Made by a program: the position numbers and the translations under genes. 26,986 nt of DNA from a virus. Taxonomy: Duplodnaviria > Caudoviricetes. Below the pieces are notes generated by a model. The model was not told where the DNA came from. It was given only the letters and a program-made list of their open reading frames with translations, and did no database searches. The stretch covers positions 1-26,986 of IMG/VR virus record IMGVR_UViG_3300032335_000272; one strand, 5' to 3'. The stretch's first letter is position 1. Each line of letters begins with the position of its first letter. Shown here in pieces: positions 17,487-26,053 of this stretch.

Positions 17487-17984
17487 TTAAGCGTAAAGTG
17501 TTTGCAGTTTGGTAGCGTACCAAACCATCTTGTCCACGTCCTTGCCTGCATCATCTTTATGCCCTGCGCGTGTCAGGTACTTAACGACGTTACCCTTAAG
17601 ATACCCACGGAACTCATCGGGTGTCAGCTTCGCTTTGATTATGTCGATCGTCTCAATGCCACCGATCTTGTAGTGTGGGGGCTGATTAACATCATCAATG
17701 GATCTCTGCATACGCGCCTTGGGCTTTGTTGCATTGAACACAAGGCGACTCATCTGTTCGTCAGTCAGATTATTCTTGTCATCTTTGCCCATCATTACAC
17801 CTTGCACTCTAACTAATGGATCAGGTGTAGCTGATGCCTTAAGTTTCTTGCGCTCGTTGTGCATTATGGTATACACATAATTAATCTTAGTACCGAGTGC
17901 TTCGGCAATTACTTTTGCTTTCGCCTCGGGATGATTCTTCATGTAGTTACGGATATTCTGTGTTTTGCTAAGTTTTTTAGCCAT
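17487..17984 (-). CDS. N-terminal HTH-like segment fused to DUF3310 (T7 gp1.7-like putative nucleotide kinase)
   Basis: C-terminal DVNQPPHYKIGGIETIDII...GYLKGNVVKYLTRAGHK...DVDKMVWY. N-terminal IRNYMKNHPEAKAKVIAEALGTKINYVYTI. RBS GGAG. Confidence 0.75.
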   Translation of the reverse strand: MAKKLSKTQNIRNYMKNHPEAKAKVIAEALGTKINYVYTIMHNERKKLKASATPDPLVRVQGVMMGKDDKNNLTDEQMSRLVFNATKPKARMQRSIDDVNQPPHYKIGGIETIDIIKAKLTPDEFRGYLKGNVVKYLTRAGHKDDAGKDVDKMVWYATKLQTLYA

Positions 17985-18014
17985 TGTCTCTCCAAAAATT
18001 TAAAAGGGATTGCT

Positions 18015-18042
18015 ATGATGAGGGTTAAAATTTATTTGTCAA
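18015..18042 (-). promoter_or_regulatory. Probable sigma70-type promoter
   Basis: TTGACA (18042-18037), 16-bp AT-rich spacer, CATCAT. Same CTTGACAAA context and stop-codon overlap as the promoter at 14513; the -10 is weak. Confidence 0.5.
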
Positions 18043-18221
18043 GTGGGTTTATCCTCCTTTTTCAAAATATTTTTATAGTATGTTTTAGGAAACGGATCTT
18101 TCTTATTCAATAAGTCTCTTAGCCATTCAACTCCTCCTAATTGTTTAAGGATCATCCAATGTCTATCAGACATACGCATGTATCTAGGTTTTATAGGTTC
18201 AAGTGGTTTAGGTCTTGGCAT
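18039..18221 (-). CDS. Small basic protein, ribbon-helix-helix-like
   Basis: 60 aa, MPRPKP...RYMRMSDRHWMILKQLGGVEWLRDLL. Coupled to the upstream gene by TAATG. Confidence 0.55.
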   Translation of the reverse strand: MPRPKPLEPIKPRYMRMSDRHWMILKQLGGVEWLRDLLNKKDPFPKTYYKNILKKEDKPT

Positions 18222-18430
18222 TATTTTTTCATCCCTCTTACATATATCGCAAAGCTTGCCGTTGTGTCTCCACCATTCTTCATGGCTTCAAATTCCTTAG
18301 CCACCTCCTCAAGCACTGCGTTGCGCTGTGAGGGCGATACAAATACATCGTAGTGGTATGGCTGTCCGTTGCGTATTTGGTTCTCATGCTCAATGCGGTC
18401 AAACTCGTCGTCTTCGTCTGTGTGAATCAT
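18221..18430 (-). CDS. Hypothetical phage protein
   Basis: 69 aa, RNAVLEEVAKEFE...DTTASFAIYVRGMK; ATGA overlap with the upstream gene. Confidence 0.65.
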   Translation of the reverse strand: MIHTDEDDEFDRIEHENQIRNGQPYHYDVFVSPSQRNAVLEEVAKEFEAMKNGGDTTASFAIYVRGMKK

Positions 18431-18750
18431 TTGTTCCCCTTTGCTCTATCCATAACTCTTTCCATAGCGTCGCTGTAACTCATGCCCAGTGCTTTGTTTA
18501 TCAACACCAAAGCCGAATCAATAATTTCGTCATAAACGCCGGGGTCTACTTCTTTGATAACATTCAGCGTTATCTTTGCATCTTCTAATGCCTCGATGTC
18601 CGCGCTGTTAACTTGCCACATCAACTCAATGTCGGCTTCAATGGTGTCAAAGTATGGCTTGATGGGTTTAAGCGGTTTAATTCGATCAAACATCCGTTTG
18701 CCTATCTCGTAGAACTCTTTGTTTTTTCCTGTGCTGTTGTCTATGCTCAT
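18427..18750 (-). CDS. Hypothetical phage protein
   Basis: 107-aa ORF with ATGA overlaps on both sides and an AAGGA RBS. Confidence 0.65.
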   Translation of the reverse strand: MSIDNSTGKNKEFYEIGKRMFDRIKPLKPIKPYFDTIEADIELMWQVNSADIEALEDAKITLNVIKEVDPGVYDEIIDSALVLINKALGMSYSDAMERVMDRAKGNK

Positions 18751-18986
18751 TGGTAGTCCTTACATAAATGGTGTTTAGCATCTTCACGATCTGCCCATGT
18801 ACCTGTGCAACCCGTACATTTAAACTTCCCTGCGGTGATTGAAAACTTACCCGTTAATCTTGGCTCGGGTAGTTCAAGTTGTTTGGCGTAAGTGTGCTCT
18901 TCAACAAGGGCGGCAAAGTGTTCAATGTCGCCGTGCAGGGTCAGGCCGTTGTCCTCGATCAGTTTAATAATTTCGTCTTGTGTCAT
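18747..18986 (-). CDS. Hypothetical protein with a C-terminal zinc-finger-like motif
   Basis: 79 aa from ATG 18986 (MTQDEIIK) after AAGGAG; FKCTGC...HHLC. Confidence 0.6.
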   Translation of the reverse strand: MTQDEIIKLIEDNGLTLHGDIEHFAALVEEHTYAKQLELPEPRLTGKFSITAGKFKCTGCTGTWADREDAKHHLCKDYQ

Positions 18987-19129
18987 GTGTTTTTGCTCCT
19001 TAGTTTGGCTTCTGCCAATTCCAAAATTTCGTACACGGTTTTCCCCCATGTAATTTCATTCTTCTCCTCATCCGTCAGCCCAACCCAAGGGCGAACGTAG
19101 TCTTGAATGTCATCGTCATCTTGTGTCAT
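18983..19129 (-). CDS. Small hypothetical protein (48 aa, WVGLTDEE type), absent from the ORF track
   Basis: Manual translation MTQDDDDIQDYVRPWVGLTDEEKNEITWGKTVYEILELAEAKLRSKNT. RBS AGGAG, ATGA overlaps at both ends. Confidence 0.7.
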   Translation of the reverse strand: MTQDDDDIQDYVRPWVGLTDEEKNEITWGKTVYEILELAEAKLRSKNT

Positions 19130-19356
19130 TTCTTTCTCCTATACTCTAAAACTTCATTTAACAATCGTTCCATCTCGTCAGCCGCCATCAAATGAAACGG
19201 ACTGATAGGTTTGTGGCTTGCCATTGAACGCATCATGCCTATGGTTGTTCTTGCTGTTGTCTCACTCAGAGGGGCGCGTCTTCGTGGTTGTCGGGGTTGA
19301 ACTTTGGAACTCGGTTGCCCTTGTCCTTCGGGTTTGGAAATGGGGGGAAGGGCCAT
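19126..19356 (-). CDS. Hypothetical phage protein
   Basis: 76-aa ORF tiling the operon (1-nt gap upstream, ATGA overlap downstream). Confidence 0.6.
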   Translation of the reverse strand: MALPPISKPEGQGQPSSKVQPRQPRRRAPLSETTARTTIGMMRSMASHKPISPFHLMAADEMERLLNEVLEYRRKK

Positions 19357-19357
19357 G

Positions 19358-19552
19358 TCATTCGCCTAACTCCGCAAAGATTTCGTTGAGAATTGTTTTA
19401 ACTTGGCTGACCATCTCGGCTTTTGAAGCAGGCGCTGACATGACCATCTTGATACTTGCCAACGCCTTGTACATAGCCTGACCCTTCAATGCAAACAGCA
19501 ATGCGTCCTCATCGTCGGGGTAGTCAAACTCAAGAACTGCTTTGCTGTGCAT
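19358..19552 (-). CDS. Hypothetical phage protein
   Basis: 64 aa, KAVLEFDYPDDEDALLFALKG, in operon context. Confidence 0.65.
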   Translation of the reverse strand: MHSKAVLEFDYPDDEDALLFALKGQAMYKALASIKMVMSAPASKAEMVSQVKTILNEIFAELGE

Positions 19553-19709
19553 ACAATCTTTCTATTGGTTTAGCGGTTAGCCATCGATCGCCTAAACGTA
19601 GTACGGCTCGAACCCATTTACGTTGGTTATGTTGATTGATATGTTCGGGAACCATATCGTTGTTATAGATTACTCTTGCCTTGCGACGCAGTTGTTCTGT
19701 AGTCATCAT
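19530..19709 (-). CDS. Small hypothetical protein (59 aa), absent from the ORF track
   Basis: Manual translation MMTTEQLRRKARVIYNNDMVPEHINQHNQRKWVRAVLRLGDRWLTAKPIERLYAQQSSS. Fills the gap exactly and overlaps the VRR-NUC stop (ATGA). Confidence 0.7.
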   Translation of the reverse strand: MMTTEQLRRKARVIYNNDMVPEHINQHNQRKWVRAVLRLGDRWLTAKPIERLYAQQSSS

Positions 19710-19999
19710 TTCAGTCTATCTCCTATAAGTTGTTTAACTAAATGCATGTTGGACTCATCAATGACAAGCGCAATGCCTCCGGCTAACTCGATTGCATTGA
19801 GATTGTGTAGTTGCAAAGCAGTTGGCTTGTTACCTCCCGCCTTGCACTCAATGCCAACGAACTTGCCTGAGACACAAACTAATAGATCAGGCACACCTGA
19901 ATTGCCAAATCCACCTGTTACCGGCTTTACGACGTAAGCCTGCATCTCTTTCAATGCTTGGCTCACAACCTTCTTAACCTTTACTTCGGGTGTACTCAT
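19706..19999 (-). CDS. VRR-NUC domain nuclease (Holliday junction resolvase-like)
   Basis: TPEVKVK...GFGNSGVPDLLVC...FVGIECKAGGNKPTALQ...AGGIALVI. Confidence 0.85.
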   Translation of the reverse strand: MSTPEVKVKKVVSQALKEMQAYVVKPVTGGFGNSGVPDLLVCVSGKFVGIECKAGGNKPTALQLHNLNAIELAGGIALVIDESNMHLVKQLIGDRLK

Positions 20000-20372
20000 G
20001 TGTCATTCTCGATTCGTTCATGGGGACTAGATCTCCTTTCAATTCATCTATCTCCTTCTCTGATATAACTACCACATAAGCATCATTTGCCCATTGCCAG
20101 CCGATGTCGTTAAGACGTGGGTCATGCGTATTGATATAGATATCGGTTGTAAATGTCATCGTGCTGCGTTCTCGTATCACATGCTTGGGCGCGGGTATGG
20201 CGTTAATCATCGCAATTCTTTCTTTGATGCAAGTCGGCAGTCTTTCTCTGTCGTACCTTAAAATCATAGTATCGCCAATGAATACCTCGTATAGTTCTCC
20301 GCGATCAAACACTAGAACCGGAACGCGATAATGATCAAGTTTCTTCCCATATGTTACTGCGGTCAATAACAT
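19974..20372 (-). CDS. Hypothetical protein
   Basis: 132-aa ORF tiling the operon; no motif recognised. Confidence 0.65.
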   Translation of the reverse strand: MLLTAVTYGKKLDHYRVPVLVFDRGELYEVFIGDTMILRYDRERLPTCIKERIAMINAIPAPKHVIRERSTMTFTTDIYINTHDPRLNDIGWQWANDAYVVVISEKEIDELKGDLVPMNESRMTHEYTRSKG

Positions 20373-20373
20373 G

Positions 20374-21282
20374 TCAGCCCTTGCTGATCAGTAATACAGG
20401 GTGATCAATTGCTTTACCGCCTCGGTATGCTTTGGCAATACCCAAGTCATCCCAATGCTGATAGTTATAGGACTTGCCTGAAGCAACCTCCATCTCTCTG
20501 AGCATGAGTGTCGCCACCTTCAAGTCGGGATACTTCTCAAGATCGGGAATGAACTGAGGCTCTGACTCTAATACCAGTTGCTGATCTCCGTCACCACGGC
20601 CTTGCGCTAGGTAGTAGCCATAATCAAGAGGGCATAGTATATCCATAGACTCAGCGAACTTGTGGTAGCCAGACGCTCTCTCAGTTGCTTCTCTCATCTC
20701 CATCTCCAATTCTGCTCTAATCTTTTTGTAGCGATCAGTATCCGAGATTGTCAAGTTTGTGTCAACACCCAAAGCAAAGTTTAGTAACTTAAATTCATCA
20801 TACGCATCTTTCAATCTATTGGGCATATGTTTCTTATTAGCAATAACGCCTAGAAGCTGACGGCTCTGTCTTTTGACATGCTCATGCAGATACTTAGTGT
20901 TAGTGATATCCTCATTCACCTTCTTGAGTGCAGTAAACAAAGAAGATAACTTAGCAGATATGCGGGTATGTCCGAATTCCCTATCGTGACTTCTTGGTAT
21001 ACGCGAGCGATCAATGTTAGGTGAGTAGATAGCAAACAACTTCGTATCGTTATCATAATCCTCGCTCTCGCGCAAGAATACATCTGCAACATAGATGCCT
21101 TTGGGCGTTACCATGCGTACACCCTTGTCGCGCTTGGCATTCCATTTGAACGCGGGTAACTCTGTTGTACTGATAGCAAGCAGACCTAGCTTGTGGTTGG
21201 TCTCTGCTATTAATTGCGTCAGCTTGGGCTGATCGACTAAGAACGCTTCGATCTCTGACTTCTTTGCGTGTTCGTAATACAT
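20374..21282 (-). CDS. Hypothetical protein
   Basis: 302-aa ORF with RBS AAGGAGAG; no motif recognised. Confidence 0.7.
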   Translation of the reverse strand: MYYEHAKKSEIEAFLVDQPKLTQLIAETNHKLGLLAISTTELPAFKWNAKRDKGVRMVTPKGIYVADVFLRESEDYDNDTKLFAIYSPNIDRSRIPRSHDREFGHTRISAKLSSLFTALKKVNEDITNTKYLHEHVKRQSRQLLGVIANKKHMPNRLKDAYDEFKLLNFALGVDTNLTISDTDRYKKIRAELEMEMREATERASGYHKFAESMDILCPLDYGYYLAQGRGDGDQQLVLESEPQFIPDLEKYPDLKVATLMLREMEVASGKSYNYQHWDDLGIAKAYRGGKAIDHPVLLISKG

Positions 21283-21292
21283 ATCTCTCTCC

Positions 21293-22351
21293 TTACAGTT
21301 GTTGAATTATTGAACCATTTGCCAACTCAATCTCGCACCCCCACTTACCCAATGACGCTTGCGGGTCATTGCAGTCATAAGTGATCGCCCTGAACGCGTC
21401 CTCCTCATTGATCAACTCGTAGAAGAACTTATTCAAGATGAACTCAAACTCGTAGTCACCCGACTCCACTAGCCTTCGCAACGCCCACTCAGGGTAAGTG
21501 CGCATGCGCGAGATACCACTAACGCCTTTGTATATGGCGTATGTATACAACGCACCAAGCAGATCCTTGTTCGCCATATCCATTACGTACGGCTTTACCT
21601 TATCGGTGATAGGGTCTAGCTTATCCGAGGTCCCGCCCCATTTCTGTTTGTCCCACACCATCCCATGCGCGTAATTCATCTGTATATCCACCTTATCGAA
21701 GTGTGGCTTAACGAACGCTTCAGCATCCTCTGTTATGTCATTTATGAATCTAATGAACGACTTCTCGTCAAACTGACGCACCATGACCTTGCAAGCTTTG
21801 ATCTGATCTGCGTATCTCTTACGGATACCATCAGACAGTTTGCGATCGACCACCCACTTGCGCACAGTGAACCCGTGATCGTCATGGAACTTTCCAGTAT
21901 CTAAGTTCCAACGCATACCTTTGAACAGGGGTAGCCTTCTCTGATTTGCATACTGAAGATACTCACCGCCATACTTCACAGAAGTACTTATCATTGGATT
22001 ACCATTTACAGGTAAAGCGGTTGTTGACTTAGCCCATAAAGGTACACTTTGCATACCGGCATTGAGCATCCAGTAATCCGACTGATACATTGTCCTAGTT
22101 GTAGCGATCTCAATCGTGTTATCAGAGTGAACGATTGCGAGAGGCGACAGCTTCTCAGCATCAGTGATGTTCTTTGAACTAAGATTCCAATACCACAGTT
22201 CATAAGAGCCATCATTTCTTGGCGTGAAATGCCTTGCGCTGTATTTTCTAAAGCCTAGCGGATACACCTTGTGTCCACGAATCGGGGCTACGGTTGTGTG
22301 GATATCGTAAAGCTTCGTATAATTGATTCTGCCAATAATATCTTCAAACAT
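21293..22351 (-). CDS. Hypothetical protein
   Basis: 352-aa ORF starting 1 nt after the vWA gene stop; no motif recognised. Confidence 0.7.
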   Translation of the reverse strand: MFEDIIGRINYTKLYDIHTTVAPIRGHKVYPLGFRKYSARHFTPRNDGSYELWYWNLSSKNITDAEKLSPLAIVHSDNTIEIATTRTMYQSDYWMLNAGMQSVPLWAKSTTALPVNGNPMISTSVKYGGEYLQYANQRRLPLFKGMRWNLDTGKFHDDHGFTVRKWVVDRKLSDGIRKRYADQIKACKVMVRQFDEKSFIRFINDITEDAEAFVKPHFDKVDIQMNYAHGMVWDKQKWGGTSDKLDPITDKVKPYVMDMANKDLLGALYTYAIYKGVSGISRMRTYPEWALRRLVESGDYEFEFILNKFFYELINEEDAFRAITYDCNDPQASLGKWGCEIELANGSIIQQL

Positions 22352-22352
22352 G

Positions 22353-23591
22353 TCAGTCTTCCTTCATAAGTTTCTTGTGTCCGCTTGGGACTGTTAATGA
22401 TTTGTTCTGTGTGATCAACCACAAAGTTGGTGTAGTGATATCCCATTTGATATCGTTCTCAACGTAGCCATCGGTGAACACGATCACCGCTTCTGCATTG
22501 ATGTTTTTCTTCTTTATGTAATCAGCTACGGCTGACACCCTAGTTCCCCCACCACCCTTGGGCTTTAACATAGATGCCAGTTGTTGATACTCACCTTCGG
22601 TGAACTTCTGCTCGCCCGCGACCATAGTGTCCCACCAAAGCACTCGGACTCCACTCGGTGTAACGCTTTCGCATATGCTTGCCAGTTCAGTAGCAAACTC
22701 TGCCAACTCCACGCTACCGATCGAGCCTGATGTATCGATCGCGACCACCAACTCACCGACTGTCTCGCTGATAGTGCTAGGCAGATACAGATCGTTAGGC
22801 AACATACGACGATTGAACTTGCGCCATGTGTACTCATCCTTACCCACAGAGAACTCAGAGATAAACTCGCGCAATGCTTCACGCCAATCGATCTTGGGTT
22901 CGAGTAACTCTTTGATTGCTCTAGGTGTATCACCACCCATGCTACCCGCGAGGATGCCACCCTCACGCAAGGCTTTGTCGATACGCTCGTCAAGGTCTTT
23001 GGCTTCTTGCTCAGACAACTCTTGACCATCGCCTGTCATGTCATGCTCATCGAAGCCTTCACCATACTCGTTACCAACGTCATCGCCATCTTGCGGTTCA
23101 GACCCCCCTGATCCATTACCTTTACCTTTACCATCACCTTCCCCACCCTTGCCACCTTTCTCTTTGAGGAAGTTGTAGATCTCAGTGAATGACCAATCCT
23201 TAAACTGTGGGCTATAGATAGCGCACTTAGGCAACGTCACAAGGTTCGGGTCTTTCGCCTCGATATCCTTGATGATTGAGTTAACAACAAGATCAGCGGC
23301 TACATTCGCTAGCTTCTTGTTCTCCTTCCACTTGGATCTATGATGCGGTAGATGTTTCAATCCCACATGAAGATTCTCGTGCAACACGACTGCGTTATGC
23401 TCGGGATCACTCAGGGCATCCATGAACGCACGACCATAGCGTTTGTTAACGCCATCAGTGAATGCGGTCTTGACCTTCTCTTCTACTGACGATTCGCCTA
23501 GCATAATCACGCCTGAGTACAGGGCGGTATGCTTGCTCTTCATCAGCTTGATATGGCTTCTCTTAAGCCTTGTTTCTGCATTGATAGTCAT
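22353..23591 (-). CDS. DUF2201-like metallopeptidase domain plus vWA domain protein
   Basis: TAFTDG, VLHENLH (HExxH), ANVAADLVVN, Gly/Asp-rich linker, MIDAS IDTSGS, GGGGT, VFTDG. Confidence 0.85.
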   Translation of the reverse strand: MTINAETRLKRSHIKLMKSKHTALYSGVIMLGESSVEEKVKTAFTDGVNKRYGRAFMDALSDPEHNAVVLHENLHVGLKHLPHHRSKWKENKKLANVAADLVVNSIIKDIEAKDPNLVTLPKCAIYSPQFKDWSFTEIYNFLKEKGGKGGEGDGKGKGNGSGGSEPQDGDDVGNEYGEGFDEHDMTGDGQELSEQEAKDLDERIDKALREGGILAGSMGGDTPRAIKELLEPKIDWREALREFISEFSVGKDEYTWRKFNRRMLPNDLYLPSTISETVGELVVAIDTSGSIGSVELAEFATELASICESVTPSGVRVLWWDTMVAGEQKFTEGEYQQLASMLKPKGGGGTRVSAVADYIKKKNINAEAVIVFTDGYVENDIKWDITTPTLWLITQNKSLTVPSGHKKLMKED

Positions 23592-23608
23592 AGCTTCTCT
23601 CCTTCTGA

Positions 23609-24685
23609 TTAAGTCATTAAGTCATAGTTATCGATAGCCCACTTCTTGATGCGATCGTTGTGACGTGCAAGCTTGGTCTTGCTACGCAACATCATCGTAA
23701 AGAAGATAGACTGAACCTCTGATGATTTGATTCGGTCAACGAACTGCATGAACTTGCTCAACTCATCGTGTTCTTGAACAACGTCGATTGCTTGGAACAT
23801 GATCAACAGCAACGCTGATACATCATCGTTAGGACAATCAATAGTCAATGGCGCTTTGATAATGTCCTTCACGTCTGCGACCTTATGCTCTAACGCCAAG
23901 AAAGCCGCCATATCTCTAGCACATGCTTCACCGACAGTACCCGCCAGTGCAACCATCGTCGCATTCTCTCCGATCAGGTCAGTCTGACGCACAATAACGT
24001 CAGCCCGAGCCAATGAGCGAGGCGAGGCGAACTGCTTCGTAGTGCTACTAGGTTTGAAGATATATGGATTGTCTTCTTGCTCACCATCCAAGTACGACGC
24101 CATGACCTTGGGATACCGCGCTACCCATGAACGAATCACACGACTAACGCCATTAGCACCAGCCCACTGATTCCACTCGGTAGCGGTTGGCTTGCGCATC
24201 TGTACCTTACACACACGATTGGCGACGTGCGCTAACATGTTGTCGCCAACACCATCTGTGGTATTGTTAGAAGTAGCAAACATCAGCGACCCGTAAGGCA
24301 ACGCACGATCACCGACGTAACGCTCTAGCACCATGCGAGTAAACAACACCTGCAACATCTTTGGTGCTTTGAGCATCTCGTCAAGCATGATGACCTTCTT
24401 CTTGCCGTTGTCTATCTTGAACAGATCAGAGACGTAATACTCAAGGGACTTCGACGCATGATTCGGAATCGATGCCGCCACGTCCATCAACTCTTTGTTA
24501 GGACAGTCAACATAGATGAAGTCATACTCATCCTCACCCAACTCCTTGCGCAACGCTTCCAGAATAGATGACTTGCCAACCCCAGGCTCACTCATAATCA
24601 TAGGGGTGAGGTGCGCACCAATGTGCTTCACCAACTTGATACACTCATCGATCGACACCATTGGTGTTGTACTTACTTTAGCCAT
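23609..24685 (-). CDS. MoxR-like AAA+ ATPase
   Basis: Walker A variant SEPGVGKS, Walker B IMLDE, ATSN, ANR arginine finger, SPRS. Directly upstream of the vWA gene. Confidence 0.85.
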   Translation of the reverse strand: MAKVSTTPMVSIDECIKLVKHIGAHLTPMIMSEPGVGKSSILEALRKELGEDEYDFIYVDCPNKELMDVAASIPNHASKSLEYYVSDLFKIDNGKKKVIMLDEMLKAPKMLQVLFTRMVLERYVGDRALPYGSLMFATSNNTTDGVGDNMLAHVANRVCKVQMRKPTATEWNQWAGANGVSRVIRSWVARYPKVMASYLDGEQEDNPYIFKPSSTTKQFASPRSLARADVIVRQTDLIGENATMVALAGTVGEACARDMAAFLALEHKVADVKDIIKAPLTIDCPNDDVSALLLIMFQAIDVVQEHDELSKFMQFVDRIKSSEVQSIFFTMMLRSKTKLARHNDRIKKWAIDNYDLMT

Positions 24686-24717
24686 TTGATTTCTCCCAGT
24701 TAATTAATGATTCAGGA

Positions 24718-24918
24718 TTAGCTGATCCGATTTCTAAGACCTTCCATGTCAACTTCAATAGAGAATGTTTTCTCATCCTCATCGACAGTGACAGTGGCTT
24801 GATTGAGTCCGACCGCAAGTATGGCGCACCTATAGTACTTAGCCATATGATTGGCTTTGTGCCACAGATAGACCATGAACGCGAACGCGCACAGTAAAAC
24901 AATTTCTAACTCAGTCAT
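24718..24918 (-). CDS. Small protein with an N-terminal transmembrane helix
   Basis: 66 aa, IVLLCAFAFMVYLW followed by basic residues. RBS GAGG. Confidence 0.6.
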   Translation of the reverse strand: MTELEIVLLCAFAFMVYLWHKANHMAKYYRCAILAVGLNQATVTVDEDEKTFSIEVDMEGLRNRIS

Positions 24919-24919
24919 A

Positions 24920-25843
24920 TTAGTCCTCGAACAATGATGTATTCAAAGTGAACTTCTCAATCACGTCATCCACTTTGGCTTTCACACTCATGCGCATAGC
25001 ATCGCTATCACGCAACCCCTCAGCATCTACATTCCGTAGTGCTTCTGCTAACGCAACCCTTGCGTTCTCTAACTCCTTGTTGTTAGTTAAGTTGAAATGT
25101 TGCAATGTGTTACACAACTCCTTGGTCTGCTCGATAGTCGTGTCGTAAATCTTGCGCTTACGTTTCTTCTTACCATCGTCAGTTAACTCTGCTTCGTTGT
25201 CACCACATGCGTAGGAGATGCGCTCTGCATAGAGAACCAGACGCGACGCCGCGTCTTGCATGATCTCATCGACCTTGCTCTGTGCTTGCTTCATGTAATG
25301 ACGCTTCAAGTCATCTGCGATCTCAGTCGCGATGTTGTTGCGAAAGTCAGCGGTTGGAACCTCTGTCACATACAGATTGATTTTGAACCGACCACCGATA
25401 TCTTTCTGATCAGGGTAGTCTGATTTGTTAAACATATCGCCATTCTTGAACGCCATGTCAGAGACAATGCTTGGGTATTGCGTCTCAAACTCAGTAATCA
25501 ATTTAGCAAAGGCGACCTCATGCTCACGATATTCCTTCATGAACACCTCGATCGAAACCGTGGGCAAATAGCGCAATGCGCCTTGCCAGTCGTAAGTCCG
25601 ACGCTGAAGCCAGTTGCTGACTGTCTGCCGATAATTGACCAACGACTTGTGCGTGGGATGGTTGGCTAGTAGATTCTTGGTGAAGCGACCGCTGTTCTGA
25701 TCTGCTTTGTATGCGTTAATCACCTCATTAGTGATAGCGCGGTCTTGCTTAGTAGCGCTCCACACATTAACGTCTACGTTGACGATCATGCCTGACGATG
25801 CAAGGCTGATCACATGCTCGGGGGTTTGTAGTTCAAAGTTCAT
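24920..25843 (-). CDS. DUF3150-like protein
   Basis: 307 aa: VNVDVNVWSATKQD, FNKSDYP...RF, NLTNNKELE, LRDSDAMR. Resembles the family commonly seen next to phage AAA/vWA pairs. RBS GAGGAG. Confidence 0.55.
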   Translation of the reverse strand: MNFELQTPEHVISLASSGMIVNVDVNVWSATKQDRAITNEVINAYKADQNSGRFTKNLLANHPTHKSLVNYRQTVSNWLQRRTYDWQGALRYLPTVSIEVFMKEYREHEVAFAKLITEFETQYPSIVSDMAFKNGDMFNKSDYPDQKDIGGRFKINLYVTEVPTADFRNNIATEIADDLKRHYMKQAQSKVDEIMQDAASRLVLYAERISYACGDNEAELTDDGKKKRKRKIYDTTIEQTKELCNTLQHFNLTNNKELENARVALAEALRNVDAEGLRDSDAMRMSVKAKVDDVIEKFTLNTSLFED

Positions 25844-25845
25844 AG

Positions 25846-26040
25846 TTACTCCTCAAAAAAGTTAAACGATATTTCAGTTGGCACAATTTCGTAACCCAAC
25901 TGCTTGACCAACTTCATAGTCGAGTCAGTTAGAGTTACATCTTTTGCAATAGAAGCAAAGATCTTTGCCCTATTACAAACAGGGTACACACGCCTAACCC
26001 CATACTTCTCGGTTATGCGCACAGTGATTTTGTTATCCAT
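25846..26040 (-). CDS. Hypothetical phage protein
   Basis: 64 aa, YGVRRVYPVC...AKIFASIA...TLT...LGYEI. RBS GGAGG. Confidence 0.7.
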   Translation of the reverse strand: MDNKITVRITEKYGVRRVYPVCNRAKIFASIAKDVTLTDSTMKLVKQLGYEIVPTEISFNFFEE

Positions 26041-26053
26041 CAGACCCTCCTGA

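Noticed and set aside
11123-19049. Longer N-termini given by the ORF track (starts 11170, 11544, 12801, 17444, 19049)
   Set aside because: They run through hairpins or upstream genes; the downstream starts have an RBS or translational coupling.
8661-25669. + strand ORFs inside the - strand arm (e.g. 16594-17124, 22600-23025) and the alternative-frame 22565-23029
   Set aside because: They overlap well-supported genes and have shadow-like Ser/Leu-rich composition.
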